A program made the translations under genes and the position numbers. Below, piece after piece: positions 1 through 12,900 of a stretch of 64,000 bases of DNA. The stretch's first letter is position 1. Each line of letters begins with the position of its first letter. This DNA comes from Mytilus edulis (taxonomy: Eukaryota): the NCBI RefSeq assembly GCF_963676685.1, contig NC_092353.1, positions 8,494,001 to 8,558,000 of the forward strand. The letters are read 5' to 3'. The notes under the pieces are model-generated. The model did not search any database and was not told the DNA's origin. It was given only the letters and a program-made list of their open reading frames with translations.

Positions 1-889
1 CATTGTTCTAGTAAAAAATAACCAATAAAGATGCCGAGCAAAACGAGCCAATTTTGTTAGGGTCTAGGCAATTCATTTCCAAAAATGTGAGAAAGAAAGT
101 TTTTTTCCGACTAAAAAGGGGCCATACTATTCTATTCCAAAATAAACCCACGTGAGACCCCCATCCTAAATCTATATAACGTTACTCCTATTAATTTCTG
201 ACTGTGGGATATTTTGAGGAAGACGCACTGTACGAATTCAATGTTCAATGATTAGAGTAAAGAGAGGTGGTACAATTGCTAATGAGAGAACTAACCAGCA
301 AGGTTTGAACAAAGTAGATGTATGCACTGATGGGCAACCGTGCCGCGGCCTTTAATAATGACGAGAGAGAGAGAGAGAAAAAAAATACAATGCAAATGCC
401 CGACAGGAAAAATATGAAGCAATATATTAAACTTGGGAAACTAATGTTGTTTAGCCTAATTGACAATAAAACAATGATTCAGGAAAATTGATCGAATACA
501 CGACCTCTCGCAATGTAAGCAATGATATTATATATATAGTTCTTATCTAAATTATAGGACTTTAATTTATATTTGTCTCAGAAAAAAGGTAACTGCAAAT
601 TACCAGTTTTGTGTCAATTGTAGCAATAAACTAATAATAGTTACCAACATCTAAAGTATGTGTTAATGTTTATTGCATGGATTTCTTTCTATTAGCATTA
701 AGGATCATAAATATTTTCCACGACTACATTGTACATTATTTTGAACTAAGATCAACTATGGCTACACAAATGCTCCTCGACGAAAATAAAAAAAAAGATG
801 TGGTATTATTGCCAATGAGACAACTAAGAAAGCATTTATTATTTGAAAAAAAAAATGATATATGCTCCATTTAATTTTTGCGTAGTGAA

Positions 890-1101
890 AAGGTGGGGTA
901 GGAGGGGTCCTGATTCCGAATTCCCGGGCTTAAAGACACAAAATCCCGATCGCGGTCCAGATTTTAAATAAAGTTAATTCCCGTCGATCCCAAATTAGAA
1001 AAAAAAAGAATTCCCGGATCCCGAAAGGGTCAATCCTGAAATCCCGAACTTAAAAACACCCGATCCCAAAGACCCGAAAAAACCCCTATACCCCTCCCCT
1101 C
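890..1101. mobile_element. Small MITE-like element with internal ATCCCGA repeats
   Basis: aggtggggtaggagggg ... ccctatacccctcccct imperfect inverted ends; about 9 tcccg motifs inside. Confidence 0.5.
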
Positions 1102-1739
1102 TAGTATGAAAATGCTTTTTAAATTAATAAAAACAATCATTTATCTCGGAACAAGTCGATTGTCTTTTTTTTAAACTCAATGTTGAAATAACGTTTACCC
1201 AAATTATTAATTGTGTTTGTGCAAGAATTATCACGTTAGACATGTTAGAAATGATACAAAAAATTCAAGTACTGTAACATAGAATAAATCGATAATGGTG
1301 TGCTTTAAAAACACCCATAATTGTACCTCATTACTACCGTGACGTCATGTTAAAAATCGAAACGCTAAAATATTTCTCTAAGAGGCAATAGTGCAGGAGA
1401 ATTGAATTAAAAATAATAATATTTGTGAGAGTAAGAATATTGGAAAATATTGGATTATTACACAGAAACCGGTAAGGTTTTTTTCTATTTCTGAAGTAAG
1501 CTCGAGTGAATATCCGTTCGACTTTGTTGACGGTTGCGAAATGTGCTTGGTCACAGTCATATGGTTTCATTTTGACTTATAGAGAGGTCAGAGAATAAGA
1601 AATCGTAAATATTGAAAAATTAGTAAATAGCGAATGACGATATTCATTCCACAAGCAGTGTGTGAGCGTCCTTATATATACACTTAATTTTATTATTATA
1701 CAAATGTGGACTACCCTTCAAAAAGGCCCCACAATTTAT

Positions 1740-2520
1740 TTTTAAGGAATGTGTTTACAAATATTGATCAGATGATGCGTAGTTGAGAGAATTAGAATGT
1801 GTATTTCCTTTATTTTTAAATTTAAGAGCAAGACGATAAGAGAAAAAGAGAAAGAATAAGCACCTTCAGAAGTTACAAGAATCACTGAAGATTCACAACC
1901 ATTCAGGACAACGAAACTGGAACAATCCTTCACCATTTCAACTATTTTCTCTGTTTCATTTGACATTGGTTTAGGTGCCGGCCCACCACCTGTTTGCTTT
2001 GAATATTTGTTTTTTTCAGCATACTGTGTTTTTGCCTTTGATTGCAAGTTTTGCCATTTGGTTTTAACTTCTTTGCCTGTGCGACAATGTAACCCAAGAG
2101 CATTGATTTGGCATGCTATGGTCTTCCAGACCCCTGTTTTCTGTGCATTTGTAATGGCGTTGGTCAATTTGCTTCTTATTACAGTTAAATTTTGTTCAAC
2201 CAGTTGCCTGAGTAAGGAAATTTCTGATGAATCCCAGTTTGATGATTGTTTTTTTCTATCAGCGTCTACTTGGTTCTCCATTTTGATTCCGTACAAAATT
2301 CGCGAAAATGCACGCGAATAAGGGAACTGTTTTAGAACCAGTTGATTCTGGATTAAATAATACTTAAAGTTGTTAAATAACACTTAAGTAATTGAAGGCG
2401 TAATTAAGCTTTGAGCAACAGATTTTAAACTGTTGTTTAACTAATTATTATTTAAGAAGTTAAGTATCATTTATCTTTTAAATAATGTTTAAATTAAATG
2501 ACGTTTGTGCAACCCAGTCC
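1740..2520 (-). mobile_element. PIF/Harbinger transposon remnant carrying the Myb/SANT ORF
   Basis: Myb/SANT ORF plus a Harbinger-like terminus (minus strand GGACTGGGTTGCACAAA at 2504-2520); no transposase or second TIR found. Confidence 0.5.
1864..2281 (-). CDS. Myb/SANT-like DNA-binding protein (Myb_DNA-bind_5 / Harbinger-associated), probably the first exon of a truncated transposon gene
   Basis: MENQVDADRKKQSSNWDSSE..LL...W..IA..INA.....RT..EVKTKWQNL......TGGGP trihelix pattern; ATG at 2281; possible donor GAAG|gtgctt at 1864. Confidence 0.75.
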
Positions 2521-2599
2521 AGAATAATTCAGACTGGTCGAGTAAATATATAGGCCATTTCAGACTTTTACTGGTTTGTAGTGTTATAGAGACTAATAC

Positions 2600-3275
2600 A
2601 AATAAATCTCAAAAACAAAAACAATTACAAAGACAACAACACATTAAATGACATAGACCAACACCCAGTCAAAAACAAAGACAAACAAACAATTACAAAA
2701 AGCCAAACACAACCAATCACAATACCTTAACACTAAATATATGAGAGAAACAACAAATCAATCACTAGATAACACAACAAACAATCAATCACAAAACAAA
2801 CACGCAATTTTAATGTCTAACGTAAATGATTCACAAAGAGTAAAAAACGGTCAAGAACAAAGGCTAACATAACATCACAAAGACAAACCCACAGCGAATC
2901 ACAACGACAAAAGCAAAACCAATCACAAATCCGAAAGAAACACACAACCAATCGCAAAGACAGCACACACAGTCAAGCACAAAGACAAAACACAACTAAT
3001 CACGACGACATGTATAATCCAAATACCAACACGTTCAATCACAACATCCAACACGAGATAAATCACAAAGACCAACAAAAAGGAAATCACAAAGGACAAT
3101 CACATAATCAAAAGGACCAACACAAATGTATCATCAATACCAACTTAACCAATCACAACACAATCAAACATTATCAATCACAAATAATACAACAGAATTA
3201 GTCATAAATGAAAACATAATAAATCATGAAGATAAAAACACAATCAATAGCGAAGACAAACACCTAACTAAATAT
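2600..3275. repeat. A/C-rich low-complexity degenerate repeat (aatcacaa motifs)
   Basis: Recurrent (c)aatcac(a) motif in a G-poor tract. Confidence 0.6.
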
Positions 3276-4619
3276 AATCACCATTACTGGAGACTTGAAT
3301 TTGCGTATTCCTTTTCAACCATATCATGCAATTTCTATCTTTTAACGGCTGATATATAAAAAAAGGAGTTCGGTAACTCCATGCTAAATTATAAATCCAC
3401 TTAAAGAAAAACTCGACCATAATATTTTTTTTATAGAAAATCGTAGAATTGGTTTTAACTGCAAAATAAATTAAACTTAAAATTGCTTATTTTTGTTTCA
3501 AATTAACGGTATTTCTATGTACTTTATGTTGTTTCCTTCACTGGTGGTAAGCGGATGGTCGTAACTTAAAATAACGACCATACGAAGATTGGAGACAACT
3601 CTAGGGATCAGTTTTTCTTTTCCGATTTTCTTGCAGTAAAAGGTTCATTTGAGCGTAACCTCTTGTCTCATATACACTGTTCGTGAGTGCGTTTATATTG
3701 AAACCAAATTTGATACATACAATCATTCCAATTTTCGTAAAATAGTCATTCAAAAATTCAAGCATGATGGTCGTAACTTTAAATGTGTGATGGTGGTAAC
3801 TTCAATTATAGTATTTTGGATGATGATCGTAACCGAGACAAGATGGGTGAAACTTTTAAAGATGACCGTAACTTTTTTGTTTATCTTTTAAAACAAAAAA
3901 GTTTTATTTATATTATATGTCGTCAGGAAAATGTGTCCACAAATCCGAAAGTTAAGCAAATATCCGAAATCTCGACCTCAATTTACACAAAAAGAAGCAC
4001 ATGAAGGTATATTTTTATTACATACTTAATTTATCAATTATAAAATAGCCTATATGCAAATTATTGATCAAAATTTCATCCTGGAATCAAAGCTGTATCT
4101 TATGTCCATAAAGATGACTGATACTCGAGTATTTAGGCGATCGTTTTTCGAAGTATTTTATAGTACTGTGCACGTAACCATGTTAATAAACTCTGAGTTG
4201 AAGCAAACAGTTCCGTCTTTCAATATTATCCCGGCTACATGCTACTCATACATGTATTTGATTCCATTCTTAAGTTCAGTGTGTATAGTGGATATCAGCG
4301 TCGATAATGTATCAACAACCTCCTAATTTCGAAGCTAACACAAGGTTATTTGCGACCCGGTTGATTCAGAATTACAATCCATGTCAAGAAATCATCACTC
4401 AAAACTCATATGGACCTTCTACGGCATCCATCAGTGGTTACCGATTTGATTTCATTCAATAAATAATTTTTTGACCTGCATGTATGAAGACGGTGATGAT
4501 ATAGATATAATTTTTATTGCAAAATTACACCCATAAGGGTCGAGCAATATAATGTAATATAATGTAATGCAACACAATATATAGAATAATAGAGCACATT
4601 TTATGACATGAATTGTCGA

Positions 4620-5650
4620 AATACTTCGGTATTTAGTTTTTCTAACGCGTTTTGAAGCCCATAGAATGTCTAAGACAGTAACACTAAATCATCTTCGAAA
4701 CTGAGAGTTTGGATACTCGAAGTATAAGGAACTGGAGGGTTACAAGTTTCACCCAAAACTAAATGCAAATCAGTAATATGACAATTAAAACTATAGGCTC
4801 TCAAGAGCATGTGTCGCTCACCTGACTCCTTTTGGTTTTTGAAAATCATATGAAAAAAAATATAAAAAAGTAACAAAACTTGGTCCGTACTTCATAAGGA
4901 ATATTCATGCCATATTTGGTTCTAAACCATTCAGGCGTTCTCTAGCAAAAGTTCAAAATGTAAAAAGTTGACGTCGACGACGGGCGACGGCCGCCAAGTA
5001 ATGAAAATAGCTCACTTGGTTCTTCGGGCCAGATGAGCTAAAAAGTAGGATTTAAACTGTCCCTTTGTCTTACACCTCTAATAATTTGGAAAAAGAGTGT
5101 GTAGTACTAATTTTCAGTGCGGATTGTGATATACATGTTTTGCAAAATAGCATGAAATTTCACACTAACACCATCATTTTTCAATTTTTACAACATGTCA
5201 TCATGCTAAACATAGTCAAAAGTACTACGCAAATCTACAAAACAAGCTTTCAACTCATTTATTAATCTTTTGTAAACTTTAAAAATCAATATTAAATGTT
5301 TGAAAAAGACTTATAAGCTGCTTTAGTATTATTAGAGTTAAATAAGTAATTGTCTTATTTTTTTCCAAATGTTTGGTGACAAGAGTTTTTGAAACAAATA
5401 GGCCATCAGACGTTCTATGATTTGAACGAAATCCAAAATGATGACTGGAGAACCTATACTTATAATGCTTTAACAATTTGTCTTTTATTCAAATAGAGCT
5501 ATATAGTTTTGATAGACAGTTTAAAATAGAAATACTTCTATAATTGCATATGTCTTTTTTTATCTTCAGACTTATGGATTACAACAATAAAAGCTTTCCT
5601 TCAGCTGGTGGGAGAAATACCAGCTAATAAAATAAGATTAAACAAATATT
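4620..5650 (-). mobile_element. Non-LTR (L2/CR1/RTE-like) RT fragments
   Basis: FGFRSNHRTSDGLFVSKTLV (ORF 5279..5476) and LSFEDDLVLLS (YADD-box-like, ORF 4670..4876); interrupted by a Helentron-like fragment at ~4900-5045. Confidence 0.6.
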
Positions 5651-6925
5651 TTCCGTTTCGCACTGAACATGTACCCCATCTCTTCATCCCTTTTACTTTT
5701 TATTATTTGGTAAAAACAACTTCACATATATATCATATAATATATTCATATAACAAAGGACACGTTTAAAACTATTGCCAAGCCTTATTCGGTCCAATAC
5801 ATTAAAACAAAATCGGAATTTTTATATTTCAAAACTTTAATCAAAATTAAAAAGAAACAACACTAATATTTGAAAACTTTTAAAAATTTTGAATTCATTA
5901 AGTTGTACACTGACCGAAATTCTTTATGACACGTTGTATGCAAAAATAAAAATAAAACTTCATAAATATATCATATCATATATTCATATAAAAAAGACAC
6001 GTTTAAAGCTCTTGACTTGCTTTATTTAGTCCTATTTAATAAAAAAAAAAAATACGACTATCACAATTTTAAGTTACGACCATCATCAACATATTTGTTG
6101 TTTTAATAATGACCATAAAAAAATGGATAGGAGGTCTCAGATGTTAAATTTGAACCAACCGCTTTATCAGAAAAATTACACTGGTTATATTGTAGTTTAA
6201 CACACACTTATTTTGATCATTGAGAAGCTTAATATTCCTTTAACAACACAACGTAATCAAAACGTTGAGCTGATTTTACAGAGTTATCTCCCTGTAGTGT
6301 TAGGTACCACCTTAAAGGTCTACGTGAAAAAATTTCATTTAAAAATCGCTAGACAAGTCATTCACGTACCTGATACATTAAGAAAAGGCAGGTAAACGTT
6401 AATCGGATAATGTCCAATCACATTTCAGACCAAGAAGGCATACTTGCTACAACCATTGATAATTTGACATTTATGTAAGAGGTCAAAACATACAGCATGC
6501 ATCTTGTAACGTCAGACATACATTTTGTAGTTTTGTTGCTTCTCTCTCGAAACGAAAGAATACAGATGTGTTGTCTCCAAATTCGACGTGTTGTTTGTTG
6601 TCAAGTTATTTTTAACTGATGAGTTTGAATATCCCATCTTTGAAATATTATTATAGTATTTTTTTTAAAAATGTAGTGAAAACAGTCAATGCAGATTCAG
6701 TCTTTTTGGAATGTGGGAATATAACGTGTAAGAACGGTGCCTCAGACGGTCTTATACAATGCCGGTGATAAACTGGTCATCAATTGTGCTGCACGTCTAA
6801 ATACATACTATGATCATCGTGTAAAACAAATCGTCTTACTTATCCATTTTGACGGGTCATGTAATGAATATTCAAAGAAAAGAATAACTGAGTGACTGGT
6901 CTCATGCAATGAATTTCAATTACAG

Positions 6926-9900
6926 ATGCTGTATGTACAGGTTTACCAGTGGAATTACAAGGCAGCACGTGGGAAGATTCTGTCACCAAGCAAACATTTA
7001 CTTTTGGAACCAAAACATTAAAAGGATTTTCGTTCTCATACATTGGGACAAGCTTTAAAGATTTCACCTGTACTGATAACACCGATAATGTATATGTCTT
7101 TGGGTAATGTATTGTTTGTTTTATTGTGAGTCTCATCAGCCTGACTCACTTACTCATATGAAATGCATTTTAAAAATCGTATAAGTAATCCAGTCTTATA
7201 ACATTGGATAACACATGACTTTCCATCTATAATACTTTTTTTATTAACCAACTAAGTACATTATTGCCAAAAATTATATATTTTCTGTAATGGCCCAGTT
7301 TTTCTGTAATGACCCTGTTTTTTCTGTAATGGCCCTGTTTTTCTGTAATGGCCCTGTATTAATGCCCGGTTTGTCTGTATAAAGCACAGTTAGGTTTTGT
7401 AATAAAGTTAATAAAATTAAATTGTAAAGAATATAATACTTTTTTGTATTTTATTTAATTTAGTAACCAGCAACCAACATTAAAGAACCATACATGTATA
7501 TAGGGATCACTGTTCATCCTGTTTTTCAACACATAACTTCTGTCAACTTAATATCTTTGATATTTGGTATATTAACACATATACTTTTATTCAGTTGGTT
7601 AATAAATGTATTAAAAAATGGGTGTTTTTATAATGGCTCTGTTATATGTCCTCGATCAGTAATAATGGCCTCGGATGTCTGTAATGGCCCTCGGCGTTGC
7701 CTCGGGCCATTACAGACTTTCTCGACCATTATTACAGACCTTGGACATATAACAGAGCCATTATAAAAACACCCATTCATTAATACTATAATATTGTATG
7801 CAGAATATGATGTTTTTTGTATTCCTTAGTGTTTTCATGTAAGTTAACATCTTTATTTTTGTACGTTAAACATCTGAGTTTTTTAGTAACAAATAGTCAG
7901 AATAATGCTGCAATTTATTCTGTTTGAAAAAAAACCTGTTAATAAACGTTGTGCTTCCACATGGATTTTCCTCTTATACCATTACATGTTACATTCATAA
8001 GGCTTATATCTAAATACCAAGAATATTAGAACCAAAACAAACTATGTGACGTTTTTTGCAACAGTTAACCGAGTTATATAACGGAATTACAAGTATCAAG
8101 TAAGTTTTAAGATTGCTGTATAGCCTAGCACTTTCATCCATCTTGTCGCGACTATAACGTTGTTTTGGGTTGAGAAGTTCTATATACATATTTATCGAAG
8201 AGTGCATTTGGAGTTCATCTTGGCACAAGATCCTCCAATAAACCTGTGTCAACAGTAACAACAGTGTTAACTCCACATACACACTGAGGGACAGTCAAAC
8301 TCCTAATTTGAAAATAAACTGACAACGCCATTGCATGAAAAAAAAGACAAAAAGACAAATGATGGTTAACAAGACACAATATAGAAAACTAGAAGGACTA
8401 AGCAACACGAACCTCACCAAAAAATGAAGGGGAGGTCTCAGATGCTCTGGAAGGGTATGTTCATGTTATTACAAACCCGGTAAATAGTATAATTCGGTAG
8501 GTCATATTCGTGAAAAGGGAACAGGATAGTAGTGAGGAACATATTGAATATCATCTGTGAAACGGATATTCAATAAATGTTACATGTTAATCAACTCATG
8601 ATAGCGTCCGTAAAATTTACAAAAGGATGATTCAACTTCACTATTTGGAACTTTTGATTGAATATAGCTTCCTTGTGAGCAACAACTTGCTATCAAGGAA
8701 ATCATGATTGGAAATACAAGCCCCGGAATATCGTATCAATTGGGAGATATATACTCGGTATGAAGGGGCTGCTGGAATGTTGCTTCATAGAAATGGAAAG
8801 TTCACAATTGAGAAGCTGAAATCTTTATTCGTAACGTTTGGTATGTAAATGACCCTCATTGTCAATTCCTAGATGTAAGTCAAGATATTAGGCATCTTGA
8901 CTGAGAACATCACGTATATAGCGGAAAGTACCTTTTTATGATATTGTTAACTTCTTCCAATCAAGTTCCTGTATAAAGCACCCTCAAAATAACAAAAGAA
9001 CAAGTCTGACAAGAAACGAGACACAATAGGTTCCAATCAGAATGCTGAAATTTTGTTGAAAACACGCCCCCAAAACGTAACAAATATGTTGTCAATCAAG
9101 AAATCAATCATCTTGATAATGTTAGTTTCAGCGAATTTTTTGTTTGAATCAGAGTGATTCTTTACAAAGTAGGATTTATTCATCCCTAAGGCAAGATACT
9201 TGTAGCTACATTGATAATGTATTTTATGACACAAATCAATTCCAAATCTTTCAATTTAGTCTATGAACTGGAAGATGAAAGAGTCTTAGATTGCATGTAC
9301 TCTAAAAGATCTTTAGAATTGTTAAGTCTTCACCTCTAATTCATGCCACCTCATGCCGCCTTTGAAACAACAATAACTGATAAAACAGATGTTAATAATT
9401 TCGAAAGAGGTTTCCTGGAGCACCTGGAAGACCCAGCACTATATCGTTGTTCGCAATTACACCTATGTAGTTCAAGAATCTAATACAGTTATTGAAGATC
9501 AATTAATTCATCTTTGATTGAAATTCCAAGAAGGACAGAGAACATACCTATGATTATCCAGGATTTACTATTTGGAAAGTGTCATACAAGCCAATTTTGC
9601 ATAGGTACTATTTCTGTACTTGAAATCTGTAGTACTGAAAATTTACCCTTTGATATTTAGTACTATTTTTTTACTTTAAAATTATTGTACTATGTACGTA
9701 CCTGTATTTTACAGTACTTGATTTGTAATTAAAATTTTGGTACTGAAATAATACCAAAAGCGATCACAATATTCCATGTTTTAAAATCATAATATTAAGA
9801 GATTTGAAGTAGACATACCATTAAAATGCTTAAAATGTAACGTTGTAACCAAAAATATATAGTACTTAAATTTTCAAATACAAATCAAGTACTGTAGATA

Positions 9901-12900
9901 CAGTTACCTTAATATTACAAAACCTTTAGAGTAACAAAATAGTACTGAGTATGAAAAGTAGATTTCCAGTACTACAGATTTTTGGTACAGACATAGTACC
10001 TATGCAAAATTGGCTGTGTACGGTATATATTGATGTTCCAAGTGAATTGTCAATACCTTATTCAAGACGACTATACTTGTAATTCTCAAATTAAAAAACA
10101 AAACTAATGTCGATAAGGTAATTAATTAATTGAAGGTTTGCGTTATAACAAAAACATAGGGAGAAATATTTAAAAAGTTGTCTGGCTCTAATACGCTTCA
10201 ATAAAAATGTTCCTAGTTTTTTTCTTCTTTAGAAGTGATAACAGCCATTCCTCACCAACCGGCTCAGCTGAGTACTTTTATCTGTGTATGAGGATTATCA
10301 AAGTTACTCACGATTTATTCTATTATTACTTATTAGCAGGTATGGTGAAATCTTAGTTAAATTATAATTCAAAAACCGCTTCTATAAATTAATGTGTACG
10401 CAAACAGATAAATATCGATTGATTGATCGATCTTTGGTGTTTAAACGCCACTTTTTGCACAGCATTTAGGCTATTTTGTTGCGGCCAGTTCTTATTGGTA
10501 GAGGAAGCCAGAGTGCCCGGAGATAACCACCGACCTTCGATAGGAAAACTGACAATCCTAGTCAATTAAGATTGGAGTCAGGTGCACCTCAATGAATATC
10601 GAAAAAGATACGCTAAACACAAAGAGAATATATATCACTTCAAATATAACGATTTAAATGATTAATGAGGTTCTTTTTGGTGTAAATGACAAATCAGTGG
10701 ATCAGAAAAATGTTTTTTTTTAATATGAACATATATAAAAAAGACGATGTGGTATGATTGCCAATGAGACAACTCTCCATAAGATACCGAATGACCCACA
10801 AATTAAAATTTATTGGTCAGCGTATGGCCTTCAAAAATGAGCAAAGCCACATAGTCAGTTATAAAAGACCCTGAAATCAGAAATGTAAAACGAGAAAACT
10901 AACGGCTTATCGTATGTACAAAAATATGAACGAAAAAAACAGCAATCAACGACAACCACTAAATATAGGCCCCTGTCTGGCTGGAACATACACACATAAT
11001 GTGGCGGGTGTTAAACATGTTAGCGAGATATCTACACTCCTCCTTACCAGCTTAGATAGTGGTATTACAGTACAACATAAGAACTACTATAAAAACCAGT
11101 TGAAAAAGGCTAAACTCATCAAATGGATACAAATAATAATACATATTAAACACGTAAATGTGATAGGGAACTTAAACATCCCAATACCAATACATGGTTA
11201 CTGACAGCTAGTTCAAAGCCAACAACAGCTTATATAAAATAATCATGCATCTTAGAATCAGTACACAATCGATCAACCGAAGAATTCAGCGTAAAAACGT
11301 CATAAACAGATAAACCATATGACCTTGTGAAATGCCGATACACAGTAAGTGCATGCATATTAGAACACTCAGTCTGGTAATTAAATAGAATTGACACTAT
11401 TATTAACAGAAACATAAAAAGTAATGGTTTAGTATGAACTTCAACGAAAAAGCTTATTTTTCGGCGAAAAAGAGAAACACGGTATCAAGTGCATTTACTT
11501 TTGAAGGCAAATCAGGTCTGAAAGTCAATTTCTGATGAGTATAATGATCGAAATCCTCCAAGGGATATCGATAAGTTGGGTTTTATATACGATTTAAAAA
11601 GCTATGTCCAAATCCCGAAATTCATTATTTCAAAATGATAACCCAAGTGAATATATAGTACACTTAAGAAAAACATTTACTAAGATAGATATTTCATATT
11701 TATCAGAACATGATTTTATCCCCACCACTTATTGACTATCGGGTTATGCATGTTAAAATTTAAAGAAAGCCATTCATCTAAGTTATCATACATTTCGGTT
11801 TCAGGGCTAACCGAATTCAAAGGGAAAGCTCGATTGTAAATGTTGATTTTCCTTGTTAATCTCGAGCAATAGTGACACAGTCATCATTACACACATATAA
11901 AAAAAAAATGTAAATTGGTTCACCCATCATATCGACCGGAAGTCCAAAAAAACAAATAACACAAAGAAAAAAGACTTAAGGTCAAGGAAAAGTAATAGGA
12001 TGTGTCACAGATTCTGGTATAATTTTACATAAAACTTTGGATCGCTGAAATATAATTGAAAATCGGAGAAAATAATGCCTTTATCTCTTTTTTGTCTGAT
12101 ATATAACACGATATTTTAAAGAAATGGACATGTCACAGAAGATTTATAGATAATTTAAGGATTTTAAAGAGAAAAGGCGGTATCTCTGCACACCCTGTAT
12201 ACCTTTTATGGTCAATGTGTGTTTCCAGGTACAAACAGTGGTACCATTCCGAATGTAAGAGCTATCTCGTCAACCGTAACGCAGACTGTCGCCAGCACCC
12301 TTTCAACTTGTCATTTCTGTGAAGATATAACTTCGGATGAATCTTTCCTTCAGAGATCGGATGGTATTTTAAATATTCAATATTAAAATGAAAAGATGTT
12401 CCAATTCTACGATACTTGATTGAAAATATTGATACTGTTTTATTAAAATTTGATCTAATAACATTTTCTGCTTAATCAACGTGTCAACATGTATAAATAA
12501 TTATTTTTCGATTTCAGATTTTTTTACAAATAATTGTTTATTTCATATTTAGTCTGAGCATCCATCTCTTTTGATTCGAAAATTTCTAGTGAATCTTATA
12601 TGTAGATGACATGCGCATTATATTTTGTTTTATAATTGAAATACAGTTAATGGCTCTGGGACACCAGTAACAGCAGATGCATTATGTTTACCGTGCACAA
12701 AGACACAGGCAGAGTGTGATCACTCAGGTAATTTACCTACCACCATAAACAATATTCTATTTGATGTACTCTAAAGGGCAAATAAACTCATCGTAGATAC
12801 CAGAATTGAAATTTTATATTTGTGCCAGTAGCGCGTTTCCTTTACAAAAGACTAATCAAAGTGATGCTCTAATAAAAAACAAAATAAAGGCCAAATAGTA

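Noticed and set aside
3010-3359. His/Asn/Gln-rich ORFs
   Set aside because: Products of an A/C-rich low-complexity tract.
3555-6084. 18-bp inverted match atggtcgtaacttaaaat as TIRs of a large DNA transposon
   Set aside because: No definable termini or TSD; insufficient support.
12647-12727. TNF-receptor cysteine-rich domain (GT..ADALC)
   Set aside because: Only a short motif resemblance; Cys spacing across the spliced protein does not fit TNFR repeats.
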